The notes under the pieces: generated by a model
Seen by the model: only the letters and a program-made list of their open reading frames with translations
Databases searched by the model: none
What the model was told of the DNA's origin: nothing
Assembly (NCBI RefSeq): GCF_006345805.1
Contig: NC_043002.1
Coordinates: 45,012,001 to 45,076,000 of the forward strand
DNA from: Octopus sinensis
Taxonomy: Eukaryota
Direction of reading: 5' to 3'
Length of the DNA stretch: 64,000 bases
Made by a program: the position numbers and the translations under genes
Part shown: positions 13,141 to 23,966 of the stretch, in pieces
Numbering within the stretch: position 1 is the stretch's first letter
Layout: each line of letters opens with the position of its first letter

Positions 13141-13630
13141 AACCATTTCCACCAAAAGTCCTACAAATCCCATTGTTTCTTGTTTTAAGATATCCCACTG
13201 AATTACAGCCTTAATATCTTGACAAACTCGTAGTTTTAGCGTTTGAAACAGTAAAATAACTGGTTTTGAAACTATCAGCAGTAGATACCAGATGGGAGTC
13301 TATAGTAAAAAAAATTACTGCTTACATACATAGTCGGTGATGTATAGAAATTAACACATGGAAGCCATAGAAGGAGCCGAAAAATATCTCTTTCCATACA
13401 AAAGAATGCTTACAAAGAGCGTATTAATAACCGAAGTTAATATTTAAAAAAAAACGCAAATCATAATGAAAATAATTGTGACTGTAATCCAGCTTAGCAA
13501 AGAGATCGACAGACATAAAACATGTTCATCTATTCATCTTTCAAGCAATAAATTAATGTGATGACAGGCAAAACGAAATGGCACAAGAAAATACCATTAT
13601 GTCATATATATTACGCTAAATTATATATTA

Positions 13631-14400
13631 CAATACACACATCGGGGGCAATCAACACATGAAAGAATAGAATAGTGAAATTATACAATGAAGATGGAAC
13701 GGCCACCCCAGCCCCGCTCCAGGGTGGTTACGTTATTTCAATTATTTCAACAGTTCTTTTCAAAATTATTTTAACAGTTCTTTTCAAAAAAAAAACTCTA
13801 CTTACCGTTTTATATAGTTCTTAATTTCCTCATAGTTCACCATTGGAGTGCTGGGTTCGAAATTCACTTCGGGCCCCAGTGGGTTTATATCTGATGGGAA
13901 ACCCTCTTTTAACTTTCTATACTTATCAGAATATATTTGATAACATATCGGTCGACACAAAAAAATAGAAAGGAAAATAACTAAAACGACAGACATTGTT
14001 GAAGTGGACCTCTCGGATGGTTACGATAAGGAAACGAGATGGATGGATTTTGATGGAAAAAGATAAGTATAGAAAGTTAAAAGAGGCTTTCCCATCAGAT
14101 ATAAACCCATTGGACCCGATGTGAATTTCGAACCCAGCGCTCCAGGGTTGAACTATGAGGAAATTAAGAACTATATAAAATATATAAAATGGTAATTAGA
14201 GTTTTAGTTTCAAAAGAACTATTGAAATAATTTTGAAAAGAACATTTGAAGACTGTTAAAATAATTTTGAAAAACTGTTGAAATAATTTAAATAACGTAA
14301 CCACCCGGGAGCGAGGCTGGGGTGGCCGTTCCATCATCATTGTATAATTTCACTATTCCATTCTTTCATGTGTTGATTGTCCTTGCATGTTTGTGTATTG
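13631..14400. repeat. Fold-back element, arms 13631-13927 and 14061-14400, spacer 133 bp
   Basis: Arms are reverse complements at roughly 90% identity; they contain about 22-bp subrepeats (aacagttcttttcaaaattatt) and an ORF1-like C-terminus. Confidence 0.9.
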
Positions 14401-14534
14401 TCCCATCTATATTTAGCCCCTTGCGGGTAATACAAAAATTAGTTACAGGCTATACTTATTTTCCTTTTAAAGAAAAAAAAGTTTAACCAAATGTTTTTCT
14501 CAGTCTTTCACAGTCTTTAAAATAAATCACGACT

Positions 14535-15930
14535 TACCACTTCATCTTCTTCTTTTCATCCACGTAATTCACCAGTGAGGCGCGAGGTTTAACATCCACC
14601 TCTGGCCCCAATGGCTTCACTCTTTCATAATGTCTTTCAATTTTGAAATTCTTTTTACTTTGAGGTGTCCTATATTGCATTATAAACCTTACTTCTGTTT
14701 GTGTCTTGCGTGTTTGTGCTTTTTTTCTCTGTATTTCTGTAATTCTTGGCTTTCCTGTGATTGTATCTGTGTTTGTGTGCTTGTGTATTTGTATGTCTGT
14801 GTGTTCGTTTGACAGTAATTCTGCGTGTTTCGTCTGTTTGTCTATGTTTTTAGCTTTTTGTAATTCTGAGTTACCTTGTTTCTGATCGTCTACATTCCTG
14901 TGAGTTTATATGTCTGTGTGTTTGAATGTCTGTGGGTCTGAAAGTTTATGTACTTGTAAGTCCTTTACTGGTGATCCCACTGGTAAATCTTCCCCGCTTC
15001 TCGTCGTAGGTTAGATTACCTCTTCCATCGCTTTGTACTTCTTCAGTTCCACTATCGTTTGTGATTTCCTTCTCTCTCTTTTTCTTGCTTTCACCTCCGC
15101 AAAATTCCCACCTTGTTCTGTTATCTGTTTGTGCTGTCTCTCTACGATTATATTCTCCTGAATACTCTCCTCTGCGATTTTCACCGCTGCTCTATGGCAT
15201 TTCTTTCGCAAGTGCCCTCTTTCACCACATTTATAACACTTTAGGGGGTTTCCCCTTCAACATTATCTCCAGCTTTTCTTCACTTGGTAGCTCCAAAGTT
15301 TTGGGTATTTTGTTGTAATATTTTGGGCTCACTGCACAAATTATCTCTAATCCGTAACCCCACTACTTCACTTATTGGGTTCGGCTTATCATGCCCATCT
15401 TCACGTCTTCGCTTTCCTTCCTTATCTCCGAATAAAAAATCGCCGCTATTATCCACTCTGGATCTATCCACGGTGGAATTCTTCCCACCCTAATTCTGAC
15501 AATTCTTTTATCCAAACAGTTTGGCATCAATGTCCATTTGTCTCCTTGTATCATCCTGTTGGAGATTTCTTCTGCCTCCTCTTCTGATACAAAGATTCGT
15601 ATCTCTTTCGTCTCGTAAAGAACACCATGCTGTCTCCTATATGTCTTTCCGAAATGTCTCCTTTTTCTTCCTGCGGCGCGTTTTCACTTCCGTTTATATT
15701 TGAAAATATTCTAAATATGACCGTCTTCTTTTCCATTTTCACTTTATCCTCCTCTGGTAGGGTCAGTTTTATATTTGACCCTTCCTTCTCTACCATAATT
15801 CTATATTTCTCTATCAGCTCTACATCTCAGTACCATCTCCTGTTTCAGCACACTTCGGTCTAGGGGAACTCGGCCGCCAGTAGCTTCTGCATAACTTCTC
15901 GTTTTTCTCAATTATTCACTTCCACCCAAC
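14535..15930 (-). pseudogene. Non-LTR retrotransposon ORF1 (gag-like) remnant with CCHC zinc knuckle
   Basis: RSYAEA near the start, RIVRIRVGRIPPWIDPEWI, CYKCGERGHLRKKC (CX2CX4HX4C) at 15197-15238, ends PLGPEVDVKPRASLVNYVDEKKKMKW*; several frameshifts. Confidence 0.75.
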
Positions 15931-16254
15931 AATGGTGGTTTCGCACAAAATATTCAGCTAGAGTTCTTCAAAAACCAGCAAGAAAAGTGGCTTGGTAGCT
16001 GTCGATGCTTATTCGCCTTTGAAAGCATATATTTCAAGTGAAATACATTCACTGATTTCGAAAATAGAAATATTACCTTTCTAAATCTCTCAGAGAGATT
16101 TATACTGTAGCGGCACGATAAGGTGATGATATGTTATCAACTTAATGTGACTGTCCCATGAAAGGGAAGAATGCTACTGCTATTTAGCTTCAAGAAACAC
16201 CGTTTCCAACTGGCCATGACACATTTTCCTGGTGTTAAATTATAAGAAATTATA

Positions 16255-17907
16255 TAAGGGTGGGGAAGCAAAACTTAGAATATTTTGGAAGCCTTATTTT
16301 ATATATATTCGTGAGCGTAAATACTAAAATATTGTTTTCTATTTCAAGACGGAGGTATATAGAGTTAATTTAAGCAGATGTTCCAGTCATACAGTCTAGC
16401 ATGTCCATTCAAGAAGCCAAGAGACAACGCATTGCAGATTTGCTTCGTACCGGGGTTGCAATTAGACGTATTGCTGAGACTGTCGAGGATTCTGTGAGCA
16501 TTGTATACAACGTTAAGAACTGAATGCTGGATGTGGGAGGCTCAAGAGAAAGCAAGGAAGTGGAGGCATAAATAATGAAGAAGATAATGCATTTCTCAAA
16601 TCTCACTAAGCTAAAATTTCGAAAGACCCAACAATATCCATGAGGAAACTGTCCACGGACATGAAAGTTAATCCAAAAAACATCAGAAATACTGTACACA
16701 CTGATTAACAGTTGGGGTAATACGTGAGGACCCCGAGACCCCTACTGACCCATGCAATGAAAGTCAGAAGGCATGAAAGGGCCAAAAGGTGTTGTGATAC
16801 CTGAAGCACAATGGACAAACTGTCAAAATTTTTTCAGATGATGCTTTGTTTGTTTGTTTGTTGATCGAAGCGGTCTTCGTCCCATTAGTGGGAGAAGTCC
16901 GAAACGTGGTCCTTTGCTATTCGTAAGACCTGCAGAAGAGAAAGCAAGTCAACCCCCGACACCGAGACCATCGTCGGATGGATTAATGCGCATCCAGGCT
17001 CAGCGGTTGCGTAGGAAGTCGGGGACAAGAAACTGGAAGAATGAGTGAGAGAAAGTTGGAGCGAAAGAGTACAACAGGGGTCGCCACCACCTCCTGCCGG
17101 AGCCTCGTGGAGCTTTAGGTGTTTTCGCTCAATAAACACACACAACGCCCGGTCTGGGAATCGAAACCGCGATCCTCCGACCGCGAGTCCGCTACCCTAA
17201 CCATTGGGCCATTGCGCCTCCAAAACCGTTGATGCTATTTTAAACTGTCGCAATGATCGATACATTGCCAAGTTACCTTCTGAAGTGAAGGGCGTCTTTA
17301 GGACCATGCACCCAGCTAAAGTCATGGTACTCGGAGTCGTTGCATCTGAAGGAAAAATATGCCTGTCCATTGTTTCAAGTCTGGAGAAAAATTGGAGGCT
17401 AAAGTATATTATAAAGTACTGCGGTAGAAAGTTTTGCCTTGGCTGAAGTCTAACTACCCCAACGGTAATTGTATGTGGACCCAAGATGGTGCTCCTGCTC
17501 AAACGGCTAAGACTGCAGAAATTCTGTAGAGACAACTTCGCCGACTTTTGTCCTGCCAACTTCTGGCCTTCCTCCAGCCCCAGACTTGAACCCCCTAAAC
17601 TATGCCGTATGGGGAAAACTGGAGCATTCTAACAACAGAACTTGGCATATAAGTGTTGATCATCTTAAGCAAGTCCTGGGGAGGGAAGAGTGAGTCAGCA
17701 TGTCTGAGTACTTTATCATGAAGATTTGTAACGCTTTCAGGCGGCGTGGGAAAACTGTAATGGACAACGAAGGCAGACATAGTGAATAAGTTGTTTCGTA
17801 ATGCTCCTATAAACTTGTATTAAAATTATATCAATGTAAGGCTGCTGGTTGTTGTAAAATAAACAATTTAGAGAACTCTCTATTATTTTCCAAGCTTTCT
17901 TCCCCAC

Positions 17908-17911
<4 letters not shown>
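16255..17911 (+). mobile_element. Tc1/mariner transposon relic, maT (DD37D)-like, interrupted by a SINE
   Basis: Imperfect TIRs (gtggggaagcaaaacttagaa / ttccaagctttcttccccac); QEAKRQRIADLLR HTH start, KIFSD, PAKVMVLGVVASEG, WTQDGAPA, WPSSSPDLNPLNYAVW. Confidence 0.85.
16850..17220 (-). mobile_element. tRNA-derived SINE family D, tail type 1, inserted in the maT transposase
   Basis: Head ggcgcaatggcccaatggttaggg...ggtttcgattcccag (box A/B); (aaac)n tail; splits KIFSD / KTVD. Confidence 0.9.
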
Positions 17912-17954
<43 letters not shown>

Positions 17955-17984
17955 GCGAGAAAGAAGCAACAAGAATGGATAGGT

Positions 17985-18075
17985 TTTTAGTACAATCGTT
18001 TCATACAAGGACAGGCTTTATTAAAAGTTGTAAAAATTACAGCATATAAACGTGTCCCGTACTCATCAGCTAAAA
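17985..18075 (-). ncRNA. Type I hammerhead ribozyme (3' pLTR copy)
   Basis: UUUUAG-CUGAUGA-GUACGGGACA...UGUCCUUGUAU-GAAAC-GAUU-GUA-CUAAAA; 6-bp stem I, intact core. Confidence 0.88.
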
Positions 18076-19534
18076 TACATGTGAGTTCTCTAGACATCCT
18101 AGTGGTTGAGGCTATACTCATGAAGTAATGTAGATAATTAAGTAACATAAACAGATTTCAAAGTTCATTAAAGTTCTTTAAAGATGATGTACAGTCTTAT
18201 CACAGAATTTTAAAAAAGTTTTAATAGCATCACAGAGAAGGTGACCTAATCCATAGAGCACATATGAATTTCCAGAGATATGATGAGGGATTACATACTC
18301 ACAGAAGACAAATTTATCCATTGTTAATCACAACGAGGTGGGTCTCAATTCCTGCTTATTAGCATTACAGAGAGGGTGAATTAATCCTTTGTATAGATGC
18401 ACAATTTCCAATGGTGTAGATGTAAATTTCCAGAGAAATGAAGAGGAATTTCATATTCACAGGCGATAAATTTATCAATGGTTGAACACAATGAGGTAGG
18501 TGTCAATTCTTGTTATATGATTAGGTATTTGCCACATTAATCACATTACTGCTATTTACAAGAGGCTGTAGCTATTTAACTTTTAAAGGCTGAAGGGCTT
18601 TCTAGAGAGGCAAAGAATAGAAAAGGGAAGGGAATAGAAGAAAAGAGAGAAAATAAAGGAGGAGGGAGCAAAAAAGGGGGGGGAAGGGGACTAAAAGAGA
18701 AGAGAAAAGGAAAAAGAGAATAAGAAGAAGAAAAAGAAAAAAGAGAAAAGAGAAAGAAATAGGGAAAGAAGGGAAAAAAGAAAAAGAAAAAAAGAGGGTT
18801 CTAGTTATACAGAAGAATTAGTAGACGGCAAGTCTGGTTTTAATTTACACGCATCTAGGAACTAGAGGAGAATATTATTCTTTGACCAGTAAAACAGCTA
18901 ATTTATTGCTGTTGAAATCAGCTATGGATTTAAAGAGAATCTAAAGAGATAACACAGTCAGGGGTTTAGGGGTCAGATGCTAAAATCAAAAGAAAATACA
19001 TTAGGAAAATCTAAGTATAATCTTATCAAAAAGTCATTAAAATTTACTTATTTAATTTATTCATTTTATTGTCTTAAGGAGTTGCCGTTATTATTCATAC
19101 ATTGACGGACTACAGGTCAAATCTTAGAAGATCATTTACAAGGTGTTAGGGGATTGTCTATCATAATGAAGATAATCATATTATCACCGAGGGGGTAGCC
19201 TTATTTATTTAATTTTGAAATAGAATTATGGGGCTATAGTAACTCATTTTATTTTATTAGAGTTATGCTACTTAAATTGGATTAAGTTAGGAATTAAAAT
19301 TAAAAATTACAATTAAGATTTAAAATTAAGAATTTAAAAATTATGAGTTTGAAATTAAATAAAGCCTCAATTAAGCAGCGTATAAGTACTATTCATTTCC
19401 CTGTTCTCAAAAAACTGATGCAGATATAAGGAAAAAGATAACTGTAGTGTGAGAACTCTTAGTTATCTACTTAAAGCAGTGCTATACTAGTAGAAATCAA
19501 GTTATATCTATCTATCTAGTTACGAATATTCTAA

Positions 19535-22374
19535 TCATTTAAAATATTTTAAAGTCTTCAATTTAGCGTGGACACAAACTTGACCTAGTTCGATATGGTT
19601 ATTCAATAAGTTTCTATGTTTCTATGCTTTAGAATTTCATACGTCTCCATGGAGCATAGTTGGCAACCAACCCTACTATTTTTATACGGAATTGCTCTCC
19701 TAACTATTTCCCAATTAAGGTTATAATTTTTATTATTATTTTTGAGTTCCCAGATTTTGTTTGAAAGTGTGGTGGTACCAGCTTTATGACGTAATTTAAA
19801 AGACGAGATGTGATTTCTAACTCTGGCTAGAAAATTAATTGTACATCCAATGTAAAGATATTTGTTATTCTCCGTGGATATGGTACATTTATAGATTACA
19901 TTATTTTCCCCACATAGACCAGGTGCCGGGCATTTTGATTTTATTCTACACTTACACACAGGAGGAACAACTTCAGGCTTTGGATTATTCTTGGGTAGAT
20001 GTCTTAGGTTCCTATTATTTTGATTATCATTTCTATAGTTGGTGCTGATATCTAAAGTATTGCTATTATTTATTGATCCTTCAGCTTCATCATTTAGGTC
20101 TAAAGTCCTACCATGATTTCTTATATTATTGGTAATGTTACTATTATTGTTAGTCTTTTTATCCGACTGCATATTGTTGTTATAAATATCACTGATATTT
20201 TCATTCTCCTTATTTTCTCCATTAGCCTTATATCTATTATTTCTATTATTAACATTATTACTTCTATTAATATCGGCATTGTTATTATTACTATTAATGT
20301 TAATGTTATTAGTCATTCTGTGGTTACTAATTTCACCTGTTTTGATAGTTACTATTGCTGTTTTTATTGTTGGTAGTATTATTATAATTGCTATTGGTAT
20401 TCATGCTGATATTATTATTTTTATTTCTATCTTTCCTGGCTAGTTTAATGTTTTTATTATTAATCTTAGCTATTAAAGTGGACATATTTGGGAGGGTTGA
20501 ATAAGAAATCCTAACTGTTTTCCTAGATATAATTCTATGATATCTATGAGAGATAGGGAAATTTTTTCCAGAATTACTTTGAATTTGTTCTGTATATCCG
20601 ATTGTATCGCACAGTTGAAAGGGATATTCAGCCATAATATATCTTTTTTATTAAATTTAGGGTTCGTAGAATTACTACTATTCATCTCACCGGAGTTATT
20701 GTATTTATTACCATTATTTTTATTTTTATTTGTGTGCATCTTAGGTTTATCTACTTCAATATTATCCGAGTTACCTATGTTCTGGTCAATGCTTCTATTT
20801 GAATTGTTGGGCCTGTACGCTAGATTAGCGTTTACCATTAATTTAATTCTACTTTTATTTCGGGCTTGGTCTGTATTGCTGCTTACGTGATTACTGATAA
20901 CTTCATTATTAGGAATACGTGAGTTCCCCTTATCAACGAATGTAATCTTTTGGTTGTATCCAGCCTTAGTTAACGCCTCATTATAATGCTCAGAATGGGA
21001 GTTAAATATATCCTTATTGGATGATAATTTTGAAATTCTTAATGAAATATTTCTTACTAAAGATTCTATTATATTTGGGGGATGATTTGATAATTTATTT
21101 ACGTAATTCGTGATTTCGCCTTCCTTTCTAAATGGGTAATGTAGCTTGGAGTTAAGGTCTAGCGTAATATCTAGGAAGTTAACTATTTTAGTGCCCGGTT
21201 CATACGTTATACTGAGGTTGAAATCCTTAAAGAACTTATTAATTTTCTTTCTAATCCTTTCTATAACAGATTTATTATTACTAGGGATAACAAACAGAGC
21301 ATCACCCCTATATAGACCCCCCTGTATTTCTGGTATATCCTTGCTTATGCATTTTAATAGATATGCGCCTACTAGGTTGGTTACCTCAGCCGAATCACTG
21401 GAACCCATTGGTATATCAAAAAAATTAGGTGTATCTGCTCTAGTCCATAATTTATCTTCAAATTCTATAAATGTCTTCCTAGCTAGTAGCACAATATTGA
21501 TTTCTTCTCTAGATATGAGAGAGCGATTCATGGCAAATATTAGTGATTTGTTGAGTAAGATAGGGGAAATACTAGAGTAATAACTATTAATATCGAACTG
21601 AATAAAGGACAGACTACTAGTATTAGTTAGAGAGTTAAACCATTTTAGAACTTCATCCGTACTTAGCCATAGGTTTAAGGGGAGAAGAGGGGTTATTTGG
21701 GGTAGAACACTATCCAGGATAGATTTACTAAGTCGGCCAATGTCCGACTTAGTTGGACAGATCAGCCTTACCGAAGGGTTTTCCAAGAAGTTCTTTTTGT
21801 GGTCTTTAAGGTTGATCCTGGGCTCACACGGTTTAAGTGGCTCCGTTCTATCCGTTAAATTTAGTTTCTCCATGATCTCTTTCATTTCCATGTTTACTTT
21901 TTTCAAATTGTTCTTAGTCGTAATTTTATATTTGGAGTTTAGTTCCTTCCTAATTAATTTGCTATAAATATCGTAATCAACTCTATACATATTACCCGTT
22001 TTATCTGCTGGTACTAGGATTCCATGTTTGCACCGGGTTGACTGAATAAAGTTCCTAAGGTGTCTAAGGTGAGGGTTATATCTTAACGGGTGTTCCTTGA
22101 AGCTAATATCATCTATAAGATTCAGCAAGTCTTTCTCAAAGTTCTCCAGGAATGGGTTCTGAGGTGGGCTTTTTCTACTTTTAAAAATTCTTCTAAAATT
22201 CTTTTCGGTATTCTTTTCCTGTGGTTTCTTCTTCTGTTTGACATCAAAATGGTACGTTTTCCACCTGATTCTTCTAATGAAATCGTTAATCCTATGAATG
22301 AGAAGCCAATTATATTCATCTATACTATGTAAGGGGGTGTCTTTAGGGGAGAACTCAATGTTTACCTTTTCCAT
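19535..22374 (-). pseudogene. PLE polyprotein RT-linker-GIY-YIG, disrupted
   Basis: FIRRIRWKTYHF, VPADKTGNMY, PSVRLI, FIQFDINSYYSSI, IPMGS, GLYRGDAL, VNFLDITLDL, ISYSTLPNM, CKC..CP..GLC..VIYKC..YIGCT..R..NH, CQLC..E; two 1-nt frameshifts, an 8-bp duplication and YRDD changed to YRGD. Confidence 0.9.
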
Positions 22375-22577
22375 TCTTGTTGAGAAATTAAGTACCAGAA
22401 AAACATACAGACTGTATGGGAATATATTCAAAAAGCAATAAAGATTCAAGTTAATTTAAATGAATTTACTTGAATATGGTACTTAACTTAGATGCACCAA
22501 AAAAAACTATACTGTTTTAACAATACAGTAATGTGGGGTGATTATAAGCGAGAAAGAAGCAACAAGAATGGATAGGT

Positions 22578-22668
22578 TTTTAGTACAATCGTTTCATACA
22601 AGGACAGGCTTTATTAAAAGTTGTAAAAATTACAGCATATAAACGTGTCCCGTACTCATCAGCTAAAA
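22578..22668 (-). ncRNA. Type I hammerhead ribozyme (5' pLTR copy)
   Basis: Identical 91-nt motif; predicted cleavage after the A at 22584. Confidence 0.88.
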
Positions 22669-23293
22669 TACATGTGAGTTCTCTAGACATCCTAGTGGTT
22701 GAGGCTATACTCATGAAGTAATGTAGATAATTAAGTAACATAAACAGATTTCCAAAGTTCATTAAAGTTCTTTAAAGATGATGTACAGTCTTATCACAGA
22801 ATTTTAAAAAATGTTTAATAGCATCACAGAGAAGGTGAAGTTTTAATAGCATCACAGAGAATTGATACCTACCTCATTGTGTTCAACCATTGATAAATTT
22901 ATCGCCTGTGAATATGAAATTCCTCTTCATTTCTCTGGAAATTTACATCTACACCATTGGAAATTGTGCATCTATACAAAGGATTAATTCACCCTCTCTG
23001 TAATGCTAATAAGCAGGAATTGAGACCCACCTCGTTGTGATTAACAATGGATAAATTTGTCTTCTGTGAGTATGTAATCCCTCATCATATCTCTGGAAAT
23101 TCATATGTGCTCTATGGATTAGGTCACCTTCTCTGTGATGCTATTAAAACTTTTTTAAAATTCTGTGATAAGACTGTACATCATCTTTAAAGAACTTTAA
23201 TGAACTTTGGAAATCTGTTTATGTTACTTAATTATCTACATTACTTCATGAGTATAGCCTCAACCACTAGGATGTCTAGAGAACTCACATGTA

Positions 23294-23384
23294 TTTTAGC
23301 TGATGAGTACGGGACACGTTTATATGCTGTAATTTTTACAACTTTTAATAAAGCCTGTCCTTGTATGAAACGATTGTACTAAAA
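23294..23384 (+). ncRNA. Type I hammerhead ribozyme (inverted pLTR copy)
   Basis: Identical 91-nt motif; CTGATGA 23300-23306, GAAA 23367-23370, cleavage after A23378. Confidence 0.88.
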
Positions 23385-23551
23385 ACCTATCCATTCTTGT
23401 TGCTTCTTTCTCGCTTATAATCACCCCACATTACTGTATTGTTAAAACAGTATAGTTTTTTTTGGTGCATCTAAGTTAAGTACCATATTCAAGTAAATTC
23501 ATTTAAATTAACTTGAATCTTTATTGCTTTTTGTATATATATATATATATA

Positions 23552-23715
23552 TGACGGGCTTATTTCAGTTTCTGTCTACCAAATCCACTCGCAGGGCTTT
23601 GGTCGGGAGGATGTTATAGTAGAAGACACCTGTCCCAAAGTGTCATGCAGTGGAACTAAACCCGGAACCATGTCGTTGAGAACCAAACTCCTTACCATAC
23701 AGCCACGCCTGCACC
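23552..23715 (-). mobile_element. SINE family A 5' module
   Basis: Reverse complement of the 34816-34980 type sequence. Confidence 0.85.
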
Positions 23716-23928
23716 TATATACATGCAAATATAGCAAAACAAATGTCATGTTCCGTGTAAAGTTGTTAAATTCAGAAGCTTTCTTTCATTTCTGTCAAAG
23801 AAACGGAAAAGTGTATAAACATATCTTTTTATTTATATTTTAAGTTCTCTCTCTCTCTCTTTCTTTCGCTTTCTCTTTCTCTCGATTAATTCATATATCG
23901 ATCTCGTTCGTTTTCTCCCCTCCCTCTC

Positions 23929-23966
<38 letters not shown>

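Larger units (their letters stand above)
17955..23533 (-). mobile_element. Near-complete Penelope-like element (EN+, Nematis/Neptune-like) with pLTRs and inverted 5' duplication
   Basis: RT plus C-terminal GIY-YIG ORF; 17955-18245 directly repeated at 22548-22838; 22858-23415 is an inverted copy of 17955-18510; flanked by (TA)n on both sides. Confidence 0.93.

Noticed and set aside
13740-14290. Short 15-22 bp repeated units suggestive of CRISPR (also 11110-11190, 46655-46710)
   Set aside because: Eukaryotic context, no unique spacers of constant length, no cas genes; they are transposon subterminal or tandem repeats.
17130-17220. tRNA gene-like sequences (also 24790-24868, 29190-29260, 32170-32248)
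   Set aside because: Box A/B heads continue into SINE cores and tails and lack a complete acceptor stem.
18280-18450. tgatgag / tgaagag in the pLTR tandem repeats
   Set aside because: Preceded by A instead of C, no GAAA-NUH downstream, and antisense to the element.
20555-20572. Programmed -1 frameshift at GAAAAAATTTCCC
   Set aside because: The zero-frame codons AAA ATT do not form an X XXY YYZ heptamer; a homopolymer indel is simpler.
20537-22332. Plus-strand ORFs overlapping the PLE ORF
   Set aside because: Antisense shadows of the RT coding strand.
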